63,684 nucleotides of DNA, filler included, from Stramenopiles sp. TOSAG23-2 (GCA_900128395.1; 10 parts of 10 records of this genome joined end to end with filler, not necessarily neighbours in it), one strand, 5' to 3'. Positions 10,301 to 21,253 are shown, counted from the first letter of the whole stretch. The notes: generated from the sequence alone by a model not told the origin. Translations and numbers: made by a program.

Positions 10301-13300
10301 TAAGCAAAAATCGAGAAAACTTGAAGCTGAAATAAGTTCTTTAAATACAAAATATCAAGATGGAATTGAGCAGTTGAAAAAGGAGAAGGAAGAATTAATT
10401 TTAGGTCAAAATTCCTTGAAAAAGGAAAAGGAAGACTTAATTTTAGATCACAAGACCATGAAAAATAATTTCAACAATAAATTGAAACAACTTAATGAAA
10501 CTGTGAAAAATAAAGATGTAGAAAATAGGGAAAAAATAGAGAAGCTTGAAACAAAGCTATCTGTTATGAAAAAAGAACATGATGAAGAGATAGAACGACT
10601 TAAAAAAGAGAAAAAAGACTTATTTGAGAAAGATAAAAGCGCTGTTAGCTATCTTAACGAATTGCATGCAGAGGAACTGCAGAAAAAAAGCAATAAAATA
10701 CAAAACCTGATTAAACAGCATCGGCTTGAAATGGAGAAAAAGGAGAAAAAATACGACATTGAAATGCAGGAATTGAAAAACAAATTTAATAAAGAGAAGA
10801 TGGAACATGTTCAACAAATTAAAGAGATTGAAGACAATTATACGAATGAGAAAAAAAGATTGCGTGAACGGTTTGAAGGGAAAGAGACAGATGATATTCA
10901 TCATCTAAATGATGATTTCAACGAGAAGATAAAGTTGTTGAAAAGTAGATATGAAAAACAAATTTCTAATTTAAATGAAAGCCATACTAATGAGTGCAAC
11001 AAGTTACAGAATCGCTTTAACGATGAGAAAAAAAGGCTAAATAAACATTTTAACGAGGAAAAGCAAGAATTAAAAGAATTTCAAATGCAAAATATTAACC
11101 AATTAAAAAGAGTGCAAGAGAAAGTGAAAAGTACCCATGGGCAAGAAGTACATGAGTTAAATGATCAAATCAAAACATTGAAAAGTCAACACTTAGATCA
11201 AATGGATAATCTAAAGGTGCATTTTGAAGATGAACTTGAAACGTTGCGAGGCAGAAATAAAGAGTTGCAAAAAGAACTCAATGTGAGTACATTGAATTTC
11301 CATTCTTCAGACGAGAAAATAGTTAATTTAACGAAAAAATGTGATGAATTAAGAATTCAACTGAACAAAGAGTCAGAAGTTCGAGTAAAACAAACAAGCA
11401 AATTGAAAAAGGTCGAACATATGTTAAGTAATAAAACAGAAGAATCCACTTTAAACTTGAAAAAGTGTAATGAGCACGTCTTAATGGTGAAAAAACTGAC
11501 AAAAGCCATGGATGATTCAGAACGAAAGATCAATATAGAAATGGAAATGAGAAAGAGTTTAGAAAATGAAATAGCTAGAAATAAAGTTTCCATTCAAGTA
11601 ACAAATAAAGACCTTGATGAAGCCAGAAAATTATTAAAAGAACGAGCTAGCGAGTTACATGTCAATGAACTTAAATTGGAAGAAAACCGGCATGCCATAG
11701 AGCTAAAAAATAAAACAGTTGACAGGATAAAAGCAGAAATTGAAAAACGAAAAAATATTATAAAAATATCTCAAGAAAATGAGGAAAAGTATAATTTAGA
11801 CGCACGAAAATTGCGTCATGATCTAGGATTGCTTCAACATACTGTAAATGCTTCGAAAGTTGAAAATACACAACTTCGAGCGCGTATTTCAAATATGACA
11901 ATAGATGCAAAGTCAATATCACAAGAATACGAGATGACAAAATCCGAACTAGAAAAAAATATTCATAATCTTAACATTGCATTAAAATCACTTACCGATA
12001 AGAAAGAAACATTGGAAAAAGATGTTCTAACCAAAAGTGAAAAAATTGCCATTTTGAGCCAAAATACGGATCGTTTAAAAGCTGAAACAAACAGATATAA
12101 GGGGGAAATTATCCATAACAATAAGCTTGCCGATAAAAGATATATTGATAATGAAAAAACACTCAAAAAAAGCATAGATAATTTAGAGAAAAGCGTAAAG
12201 CGTCTACAAGAACAATGTAGCATATTAAGTAGGAAGTTACAGGATTGTAAAGATAGAAACCAGGAATCACAAAAAGTTTTAGAACATTCTGTGCGAGAAA
12301 AAGAAAGTAATCTTAGAATTTTAGAAAAAGAAAAGGATCATTTAAATCATATGATTTCAACATTGCAAGTTACGAATAAAAAAAATTTTACACAAAGTGA
12401 GCAGGAAATTGCTTTAGAGAAGGCGAAGTGTGCTCGTTTAGAAGAAGATATAAAGGAAATGCAAGCTCTTGAAAAGGATGAAGCTATTAGGTTAAATAAA
12501 TGCATAACAGAATTAGAAGATGAAAGGGATACAATACATCGATCTATGGAAGCTGATCGCCGGGACAATGAAAGTCTAATTTTATCGTTAGAATCAGATA
12601 TGGAAAAGCGTAATCACAAGATCGAAGCTATGGGTAAAGATTTTATGAATTTACATAATCAAATGGAAGAGGAACGAAAAGACTATCAAAAGAGAATAAA
12701 AGAATTAAGAGAATCACAAATTAAATTGAATCGAGAATACGCGCATAACATAAAAACTTTACAAAACGACAAATTAGTAGAGAAACGTGAAAATAATAGA
12801 TTGAAGTCTGCGCAAGAGCAAAATGAAAGTATCAAAACTCAGGAAATGGATGCGTTACGAAGACAAATTTCCAATTTGAAATTAGTACATGGTCACGACA
12901 TAAAACAAAAAAGTAATCAAATTGATGACTTAAAAACTCAATTGAAAGAACTAAATGAGTCACACGAACTTGAATTACGAAAGTATCAAGATTCATATAA
13001 GGTTGATCATGACAAAATGTTAAGAACAATGAATGAATTGCGAGGAGATATCATTTCAACGCGTCAAACTATGGGGGAGGAAATGGAAGAGAAAATAGAA
13101 GCAGAGCGACTGCGATTCAATTTAAATGCTGAGACTGAAAGGAGCGATTTAAAAGCAAAACATCAAAAAGAAATTTTAGAATATCAATCCAAGGAAAGGG
13201 GGTGGAATGCCGAAAGACGATCTTTACAACACCAAATATCAGAGGCAAGGAGTCTAGCCCAACGCACAAGGGAATCGGCAATACGTGAAGAGGAATTGTA

Positions 13301-13786
13301 CCAGTCGAAAAATGAAACTTTACATGAAAAAATAAAAACCCTTGCAGCAAAACAAGTGGCGAATGATGAAGTAAAAGAATCGTTGGAAGCGGCTAAGAAA
13401 GAAATGGCATCTATAACGCATACTCAAATTGGATATGAATCCAGTCAGCATAAACGATATACAGAATTAGAAACAAAATATTTACAAACATCAAACGCAC
13501 TTCAACGCGCCAAAGCTGAATTAAAATTAAAAGTGCAGGAGCAGCGCACAAACAAAACTTTAAGTTTATCAACCAACGCATCCGATTTTCCGGAATTCAG
13601 ACAATTACGAAACGAGCGTGATAAAGCAGTAGTTGAAGCAGAAACATTAAAAGCTGAAATTAAACGTCAGAAAGAATATACTGAATCAATCATTACTAAA
13701 TACAGGCAAGAAAAGCAAGATTCATTGACTGAATTAGGCGAGATGTCAACGGTGCTTTTAAATTCACAGGAAAAATGGGATCATGA
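7326..13786 (+). CDS. Large kinesin: N-terminal motor, FHA-like domain, long coiled coil; 3' truncated at contig end
   Basis: VLVRCRP, P-loop AYGLSGSGKT, switch I NHASTRGH, switch II DLAGAE. PYLINVDDDP...HHNG...LVSGDRIAF resembles the kinesin-3 FHA region. More than 1100 aa of coiled coil; no stop before the spacer. Confidence 0.9.
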
Positions 13787-13886
13787 NNNNNNNNNNNNNN
13801 NNNNNNNNNNNNNNNNNNNNNNNNNNNNNNTTAATTAATTAANNNNNNNNNNNNNNNNNNNNNNNNNNNNNNNNNNNNNNNNNNNN
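13787..13886. other. Artificial contig spacer
   Basis: N44-TTAATTAATTAA-N44. Confidence 0.99.
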
Positions 13887-14165
13887 TCAGGAGGGACGGA
13901 AACAGCGGACAATGAAACCGGGTCATGTCAAACTATGCTAGGTTTGTTTTCTTGTGCTACGTATAGTTCTAGATCAGGTGATTTCATTACATTAGTAAAA
14001 AATGGTGAAATCCATATGAATGTATGTCCAGATTGGTGTTCTAGTCTTTTCAATGCTTGTTCTAATACATGGTGTGATGGTTTAAAGAATGCAGAAGAAT
14101 GTTGTAATAGTTTGAATCCAGATCCAAATTTGTATGGGAATGCAGATGGAACATGGGTTAAATAA
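13887..14165 (+). CDS. 3' fragment of a cysteine-rich protein, folate-receptor/Frizzled-CRD-like
   Basis: Frame is open from the contig edge: SCQTMLGLFSCATYS...VCPDWCSSLFNACSNTWC...ECC. The CxxxCxxxxxxC spacing is typical of that fold. Confidence 0.55.
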   Translation, partial: SGGTETADNETGSCQTMLGLFSCATYSSRSGDFITLVKNGEIHMNVCPDWCSSLFNACSNTWCDGLKNAEECCNSLNPDPNLYGNADGTWVK

Positions 14166-14706
14166 AGGACATCGCATGATGATCCCATCGTTTAATCTTG
14201 TATTGATTTTAATTTGTATGTTGACTGGGATGATGGTATGATTTGGCTTTGTGTGTGTGGTAATTTTTGATTATCACCGTGCTGTATGAATATATTTGCA
14301 TATGATATTACTTAACACGAGAAGTGTAAAATTATTCGTAATTATAACTTAGATTTTAACCACATCATTTTATATTTTATACGTTCGTATTAAATAGATT
14401 CCACCATTTATTAGTTTTTCGTTCTACACACACACGTTTATATAAAATTATTAATATCAGTATATCAGTATATATATCCATCATATATATATATATATAT
14501 AAGAGAATTTTTTATATATACATATGATATACTCGTATATATATATACTAATATTATGCCTATATGCATATGCATAGGCATATATATATTTGATAAAATG
14601 TACACACACATTATATGATATCATGTCATATCATGTATACTCGTATATACTTTTAATACATTATATTTCATGCCTTGATCCTTATATAATCCTCCTTGTA
14701 AACCAC

Positions 14707-15336
14707 CTATGCTTCTGGAATACCTGGACCACTTGTTGCACCTTTCATTTGTATTAACAAATTTTTCATACGCGTTCTGTCATCGGCGTCGTCGTCACTC
14801 TTTGGTTTTAAATCGATTAAACTAATCACAGCTTCCCATGGATTTTTAACATCATTTTTAGCCTCGATTTCTTCCAAGAATTTCAATTGATCCGACCTGT
14901 TCTTCTCAAATTTTGCTTCCCTTGCTTTTTCTCGCATTTGATCCATGGCTTCCAACTCTTTTTTTGCAGCTTCCCTTCTTGCTTCTTTTGCATTCTGACT
15001 TTTTGTTGCCTTCTCCTCCAGTTGTTCACGCCATTGTTTACGCCACTCCACTAATTTCGTGCATTCTTCCTCAGCAGGAGGTTGCTGTTGTGCTTGTTGC
15101 TGCTGTTGTTGCTGCTCTGGCTCTTGAACAGGCTCCTCTGTTTGCTGTTGTGGAGTAACATCAGTTGTCACTTCATCGAATACTCCATCTTCCTCGTACT
15201 CTTCATCATCGTCCACAAAATTCGCTTCTGCAACTAAATTATCGTTTGATACATCCCCATTTCCACCGAAAAAATCATCTTGGTTTGTACTTTCCATTTG
15301 TGTATTATCGCCTCCACCGAACGGATCGTCTTCCAT
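14707..15336 (-). CDS. CLC: Clathrin light chain
   Basis: Acidic N-terminus (MEDDPFGG), central LVEWRKQWREQLEEK...AKKELEA helix and C-terminal NPWEAVISLID...DRTRMKNLLIQMK, all characteristic. ATG at 15336. Confidence 0.9.
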   Translation of the reverse strand: MEDDPFGGGDNTQMESTNQDDFFGGNGDVSNDNLVAEANFVDDDEEYEEDGVFDEVTTDVTPQQQTEEPVQEPEQQQQQQQAQQQPPAEEECTKLVEWRKQWREQLEEKATKSQNAKEARREAAKKELEAMDQMREKAREAKFEKNRSDQLKFLEEIEAKNDVKNPWEAVISLIDLKPKSDDDADDRTRMKNLLIQMKGATSGPGIPEA

Positions 15337-15660
15337 TGTTATATAAGTATATATGATTTGTGTATTCACGTCGTGATAAGTATATTTTCTATCTATATGT
15401 ATGTACCTATGTGTAACTATATATGTACAATATAATATATATATCAAGTCTAAAGCACGAAACTATCTAGATTCTAGGCCAAGGCACCAAGCACTAAATA
15501 TATAAAAATAAAGGATATTATTAATGTTTATTCTTCATCATCATTCATTTTTTTTTTTTTTTTTTTTTTTTTTCTTCTACTTCTTATTAAATTTTTACAG
15601 TGAGGGAGCTGAATAGTGTCAAAACTGTGGTGTGCAAACCGTGTCAAAACTGTACACCAC

Positions 15661-15789
15661 AACACTATTCACTATGGAAAAAATGTATATATTGTTTTCT
15701 AAAATACCAATTCTTATAGTTGTAAAAAATAGCAAATATCCGAAAATATAGAAAAAATTATGAATATTTTCCCTATAGTGAATAGTGTT
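15661..15789. mobile_element. Short inverted-repeat (MITE-like) element with CACTA-containing ends
   Basis: AACACTATTCACTAT (15661) is the exact reverse complement of ATAGTGAATAGTGTT (ends 15789). AT-rich non-coding interior; no clear target-site duplication. Confidence 0.45.
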
Positions 15790-16064
15790 AAGTGCACAAA
15801 AGGTTTAGAGGGTAGCAACTAGCAACTAGCTAGTACTAGCACCTGGTGGTACGTGCGTACTGCGTAGACTACTCCCTATCATTCTAAGACAAACCAGGCA
15901 AACCTGGCAAACCCTGTAATGTGGCAAATCTCTGTACAAGTATTAGAGCTAGTATGTGTTTTGAAATATTAATCTTGATTTATAATAATGTGTGTGCGTG
16001 GATATATAGATATACTTGTTACTTGTAAATAGATAGATAGTTACAATTTCTAGTTGGTAGCAAT

Positions 16065-19000
16065 ATGGAACAATCTTCATCATCAGTCCGTGTCTTTTGT
16101 CGATTTAGACCTACTAGAACACAACACGCATCAGTTGAAAATGAGTTGAAAATTAATGAAAATACAAATTCAGTTATACTAGGGCAACAAGCAAAGTTTA
16201 GGGCCAATGTCGTTGGTGGGAAATTTCATTTTGATAGGACATTTCCAAGTACCGCAACGCAACAAGATGTATATGGAAAAGTTGGGCACTCCTTGATGGA
16301 AGACACTTTCAAAGGATACAATACATCTATAATTGCGTATGGCCAAACTGGTAGTGGTAAAACTCATACAATGTTTGGACCAGGTTGGGACGAGGAAGAC
16401 ACTATTGAAAATATTGTTAATAATACTGATAATAATAGCAATAATATACAATCATATGTTAGTAACAGCAAAACGGAAGGTCTAGTTCCACGCATTGCGT
16501 TAAACTTGTTTGATGAAATCGAACAAAAATGCAAAGAAAATAATAAATTAGATATTTCTGTATATGTAACTATCATAGAAATATACAATGAAAGTATACG
16601 TGATTTACTAAAATCGTCAATCAATAATATAACGGAGGATGGTGACCCAAAAAAAAATAATAGAAAGAATATAAAACAACAAGTGAATAACAATGATAAT
16701 TATAATAGCACGCATAATGTAAATAACGGAAAATTAAAAATTAGAGAAAGTAAAAACAGAGGTGTATATATTGATGGCATTGAAAGGCGGAAAATTGTCT
16801 CCGCAAAAGCTTTGTTAAATGCGATACGCGAAGGTGGCGCCACTCGTGCAGTTGCAAGTACAAAAATGAATGATCGTAGCTCGCGTTCGCATGTTATTGT
16901 TGGTATACATGTCTTGCAGCGTGTTGAGGAGGAAGATGGTTTGTGTAGCACAACAAGAAGTAAAATTTCATTAGTCGATCTTGCTGGCTCTGAACGTGTT
17001 GGCAAAACTTTAGCAAGCGGGCAAACATTGAAAGAAGCACAAAGCATTAATCAATCTTTAAGTGCATTAGGTAATTGTATGCGAGCATTGACGCAACCGC
17101 TATCGAAACCAAAAAAAAAATCACAATATAATACATTACTTTCAAATAATCAATCCGCATCGAAAGACAAGTATAATTCCAATAATGGGCGGCATATTCC
17201 ATACCGTAATTCAAAACTGACGCACTTACTCAAATCATCTTTAGGAGGCAATGCAAAAACGACATTAATCGTTGCTGCGGCATCAGATATGGAAAATTTA
17301 GAAGAAACTATTTCCACGTTACGCTTCGGCATACGAGCAAAGCGGATCAAAAATAATGCTATAGCAAATAAATCCATGACTCTGCAAGAGTTGCATCTAA
17401 AAATAAGAGGGTTAACGTCACAAGTGAATGCATTATCAAATGAAAATTCAAGCTTGAAAAGAGAACTAACAGCAAGAAATGATATTGGAAATGAAGGAAA
17501 TAACAACTTAGAGACTGTCCGATACTTGAAACAAACTGTCCGCGAAAAAGATTCTTTACTAGCAGCTGAAAAATTGAAAACAAGTTCATTAGAGCATTCA
17601 TTGGCAGAAACAAAGGAAAAATTAAAATTGACGGAAGAAAGTTGGAAGGAAATGAAAAATTATGGGGAAGAATTATTAGTGCAGTTAAGCCAAGCAGAGG
17701 AACAGCAATTAGCATTGCAAACTTCAATCGTATATGATGAAAAAAAAGTTGGTGGTGATGAGAATACCAGTATAAACATGTCGAACGATGGCGAGTCGTC
17801 GGATAATAATTTTACCAAAAGCGAAACGGAACTTCAAGCATTACGCGCTACCATATCCAATGAAATGGAATTATTAGATAATTGGAGAAGTGAATTATAT
17901 GCGTGGAAAACCGAGATTGATGACGAGCAGGAAAAGATTAATGAAACATACTTAAAACAAAAATATGAATTTGATATGGAGAAAAAAAGGTTTGAAGAGC
18001 AAAAAGAGGGATTGAAGAGGGCGTTACAAGATGAAAAAATAATATTGGAAAAAGAGAAGAATGAATATTTAATACAATCAAGAAAGTTAACAAAAGATCA
18101 AAAAATGTTCAAAATTAAAGAAAAGCAATTTAAAAAAGATCAAATGGAAGCAAAAATACTTGTTGAAACACACGAAAAACAAATAACAGCATTTGAAATG
18201 GAGAAGAAAGATTATTTGATTGATAACGAGCAGAAACAAAAATATTTTAATGATTTAGATGTACATTTTCAAAAATTACGGAAGGAATTAGATGACGAAT
18301 GGAACGTCAAAGCAGCAAATGAAAAATGGAGAAATGAATTGCTTGAATGGCGTGATAAAATTACACAGGAATATGATGAAAAAGTTGAAAAGAGTCAAAA
18401 GGAGAAAGAATCAATCCGCGCAATGAAGGGCGAATTAGAAAACCAGAAACTTTCTTTTTCTAGCGAATGTAAAAAGAAGCTATTGGATATTGATACAAGG
18501 AGGGAGGAATATGCATCGAAACTTAATAACATTAAAAAAATCGAAAGTGAATTATTAAATAAAACCAAACAATATAAAATGGAGAAAGAGGAGTTAAATG
18601 CGAGAGTAAAGAATTTGCAATTGAAAGAGCAGGAGTATGAAGATACAGCGGAAAAAAAAAAAAGGAAATTCGATGATTTAAAAATGGAGATTGAAACTAT
18701 GAAGAGAGAAAATGAAGAAAATTTAAGAGAGAAAATGCATTTGGAGTTAGTTAGAAAGGAAGCTGAGATAGAAAAAACTATTGAGGATAAATATAATGCA
18801 AAATATAAGTTATTTCGAGAAGCAGAAGAAAAGAAAAAAAGTGCTATCCATGAGAAACAACAAGAGAAACAGTCGTCCATTATTCATTCGTCATTGCGCT
18901 TAAAGAATAATCTTATTGAATCGATTAGTGATAGAGAAAAGCAAACTAACAGAATTGTTACGAGCAATGTTATGAATAAAGAAGTCCAAAAGAAAGATAA

Positions 19001-20204
19001 TGTCGCGGGAATTGGCAATATTACACCACCTTTAACCAGCAATGTTGATTTGAAGCTGGAAATCGCTGAAGAGACACCATTACAAACTATGGAGAAACCG
19101 GCTAAGGTTAGTAGAATCAAACGCTTGAGCTTGCTTCGTAAGAAAAAATCTAATATAGAGGTGACAACAAAAGATTCTTCCATTTTCATCAACGCGAAGC
19201 CTTTGGAAAACAAATCAGATACATCGAGTCAAAATCAAAAAGAAAAAAAAAGACGCTCAAGCAATTATGAACGTATTAAACGATTGAGAGAATTGCGGGA
19301 TAAAGCGAAAGCAAAGAATGATATAAAAGAGGAAATTAGTGTAAATTTATACCAACAGCTGAAAGAGAAACAACAAGAATGTTTAAAAATAACCCAAGAA
19401 AATTTAAGTAATAAACATGGATTACAGCATATGGAATTAGAATTTGTTGAAGTTAAGCGTGCATTGGATCATCAAATAAAGCAATCAACTATCGATAAAG
19501 AAAGGATTTATGATTTGGAACAGCAATTACTAAGTTTATATGCATCAATTGCCTTGCACCAGGAGGAAGAGAGGAAATATCATGAATCTAAAATGCAAGC
19601 AGCAAATGTTGCAAAAATTAAAATGGAAGAAGCAGACTTGGAATATGCAAGGCGTTTAAGCCAAAGGTTGAATACCAATGGTGGCATCGATGCCACTAGT
19701 AGTCTTATGCAAAATATGAAGATGCCAGTATTAAATGAAAGTTATTTTGCAGATGAAAGGACATCATCATCGAATCCACTGCCAAAAACATTGCAATCAG
19801 AAAATGTTAGTGACATAATTGTCAATAATATTAATAATCCTATTGATAATATAATCGTAGATGATGAAAATGCAACTCGAAAATTATCCTCACAACTTCA
19901 TAATGGCAATAACTCCAACGATGAATTAGTAATGGATGATGAAAAAATAGCTCGAAAATTGTCCCAACAACTTAATAAGTTTCATAACTCCAACGATGAA
20001 TTAGTAATAGATGATGAAGAAGTAGCTCGGAAATTATCCCAAAGGCTCAATATGAGTCAAATGGAATTTGAACCAGCAACTCAAGATAACAGTCAAGATA
20101 GTGTACAGCAGCGGCAGCAGAAAAAAAATAATAAACGTTCGAGTTGGTCAAGTTGGTGGAATGGTAGTAGTGATAATAATTCCAGGGGCCATGGTAAAAA
20201 ATAA
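16065..20204 (+). CDS. Kinesin (N-terminal motor, kinesin-1-like) with long coiled coil and C-terminal repeats
   Basis: VRVFCRFRP, AYGQTGSGKT, NDRSSRSH, LVDLAGSER, HIPYRNSKLT and ETISTLRFG are all canonical. Coiled-coil stalk; tail D-x-E-x-A/T-R-x-L-S repeats. Confidence 0.95.
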   Translation: MEQSSSSVRVFCRFRPTRTQHASVENELKINENTNSVILGQQAKFRANVVGGKFHFDRTFPSTATQQDVYGKVGHSLMEDTFKGYNTSIIAYGQTGSGKTHTMFGPGWDEEDTIENIVNNTDNNSNNIQSYVSNSKTEGLVPRIALNLFDEIEQKCKENNKLDISVYVTIIEIYNESIRDLLKSSINNITEDGDPKKNNRKNIKQQVNNNDNYNSTHNVNNGKLKIRESKNRGVYIDGIERRKIVSAKALLNAIREGGATRAVASTKMNDRSSRSHVIVGIHVLQRVEEEDGLCSTTRSKISLVDLAGSERVGKTLASGQTLKEAQSINQSLSALGNCMRALTQPLSKPKKKSQYNTLLSNNQSASKDKYNSNNGRHIPYRNSKLTHLLKSSLGGNAKTTLIVAAASDMENLEETISTLRFGIRAKRIKNNAIANKSMTLQELHLKIRGLTSQVNALSNENSSLKRELTARNDIGNEGNNNLETVRYLKQTVREKDSLLAAEKLKTSSLEHSLAETKEKLKLTEESWKEMKNYGEELLVQLSQAEEQQLALQTSIVYDEKKVGGDENTSINMSNDGESSDNNFTKSETELQALRATISNEMELLDNWRSELYAWKTEIDDEQEKINETYLKQKYEFDMEKKRFEEQKEGLKRALQDEKIILEKEKNEYLIQSRKLTKDQKMFKIKEKQFKKDQMEAKILVETHEKQITAFEMEKKDYLIDNEQKQKYFNDLDVHFQKLRKELDDEWNVKAANEKWRNELLEWRDKITQEYDEKVEKSQKEKESIRAMKGELENQKLSFSSECKKKLLDIDTRREEYASKLNNIKKIESELLNKTKQYKMEKEELNARVKNLQLKEQEYEDTAEKKKRKFDDLKMEIETMKRENEENLREKMHLELVRKEAEIEKTIEDKYNAKYKLFREAEEKKKSAIHEKQQEKQSSIIHSSLRLKNNLIESISDREKQTNRIVTSNVMNKEVQKKDNVAGIGNITPPLTSNVDLKLEIAEETPLQTMEKPAKVSRIKRLSLLRKKKSNIEVTTKDSSIFINAKPLENKSDTSSQNQKEKKRRSSNYERIKRLRELRDKAKAKNDIKEEISVNLYQQLKEKQQECLKITQENLSNKHGLQHMELEFVEVKRALDHQIKQSTIDKERIYDLEQQLLSLYASIALHQEEERKYHESKMQAANVAKIKMEEADLEYARRLSQRLNTNGGIDATSSLMQNMKMPVLNESYFADERTSSSNPLPKTLQSENVSDIIVNNINNPIDNIIVDDENATRKLSSQLHNGNNSNDELVMDDEKIARKLSQQLNKFHNSNDELVIDDEEVARKLSQRLNMSQMEFEPATQDNSQDSVQQRQQKKNNKRSSWSSWWNGSSDNNSRGHGKK
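19855..20052 (+). repeat. Coding tandem repeat, 75-bp (25-aa) period
   Basis: AACTCCAACGATGAATTAGTAAT recurs at 19911 and 19986. Three diverged units encode DDENATRKLSSQL / DDEKIARKLSQQL / DDEEVARKLSQRL. Confidence 0.9.
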
Positions 20205-20555
20205 GAAGAGACAAAAAAGCTATCCAGGCAGATGCCACCTCTGGTGGTGTACCACCGTAGTAATTATTTATTGGTGTAAAATTTAAAATAATGGGCCTCT
20301 TTAAAAAAAAATCATGCCACATGTCCAGCATATAATATTGTATTCATAATGGTTGGGCTCCCTTCATCCGAAACGGCACGCACAGTGGGTGCCCGGTAGC
20401 GAGTAGCTATATTTTAAACTTTTATAAAGATAACAATATTTTGCTAAAAATTGCTTTTTTTTTTCATCCATTGCACAGGGAAATTTTATAATTTTCATTA
20501 ATTTTTAGGCTAAATTCTAATACATTAGCTCAAGTAACAAATAACAATAGAAATG

Positions 20556-20721
20556 CGCATATTTTCCATCAAATTTCATTAAAACTAATATTTTTGACCT
20601 AAATTCTTGATTTTCATTGTTTTGATGATGGATTTTTCATTTCATTACATGAAAACAAACGAAAAACATTGAAAATACCTTTTTAAACTTAGGCTCCACT
20701 AGTATACCATTTTTCCTATCA
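20556..20721. repeat. Interspersed repeat, copy 1 (copy 2 at 55126..55291)
   Basis: 166-bp colinear match from CGCATATTTTCCATCAAATTTCAT to AGTATACCATTTTTCCTATCA on two different contigs, both near contig ends. Confidence 0.9.
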
Positions 20722-20724
20722 TTT

Positions 20725-20824
20725 NNNNNNNNNNNNNNNNNNNNNNNNNNNNNNNNNNNNNNNNNNNNTTAATTAATTAANNNNNNNNNNNNNNNNNNNN
20801 NNNNNNNNNNNNNNNNNNNNNNNN
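20725..20824. other. Artificial contig spacer
   Basis: N44-TTAATTAATTAA-N44. Confidence 0.99.
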
Positions 20825-21015
20825 TTATATATACATACATATATATATATAATCTGCTTCTATATTGATTGTTATTATTTATATAAATGAATTATAATTG
20901 AAATATTAATAACTGTATATATAGAATATATATTTTTGAATTTATTATATAAAAAAAGAGAGGAGTAGCAATACCTTAAATCTATTATAGTTTATAGTGC
21001 TGATGTCCTCGTACT

Positions 21016-21253
21016 GCTGTGTCGTTTTGTTTTTTTGCTTCATCGGTACACATTTTAATTTTACAGCTATAAATTTATAGATATCAACTTCCTTTAAATT
21101 AGGATATAATCAATGTAACATGTCTTATTGATTAGCTGTGTCGTTTTGTTTTTTTGCTTCATCGGTACACATTTTAATTTTACAGCTATAAATTTATAGA
21201 TATCAACTTCCTTTAAATTAGGATATAATCAATGTAACATGTCTTATTGATTA
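21016..21253. repeat. Two-copy tandem duplication, 119-bp period
   Basis: GCTGTGTCGTTTTG...GTCTTATTGATTA starts at 21016 and again at 21135. Confidence 0.95.

Noticed and set aside
15771-15790. T7-promoter look-alike (reverse complement TAACACTATTCACTATAGGG, 17/20 match to TAATACGACTCACTATAGGG)
   Set aside because: The mismatches fall in the upstream recognition part, there is no vector or phage context, and it is better explained as one arm of the local inverted repeat.
7326-20204. Cluster of two giant kinesins
   Set aside because: They are on different contigs joined by a spacer, so adjacency comes from length sorting.
20351-20410. GC-rich stretch with GGCAC...GTGCC stem as a possible tRNA
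   Set aside because: No cloverleaf, T-loop (TTCRA) or A/B boxes could be built; no tRNA or rRNA was recognised anywhere in the window.
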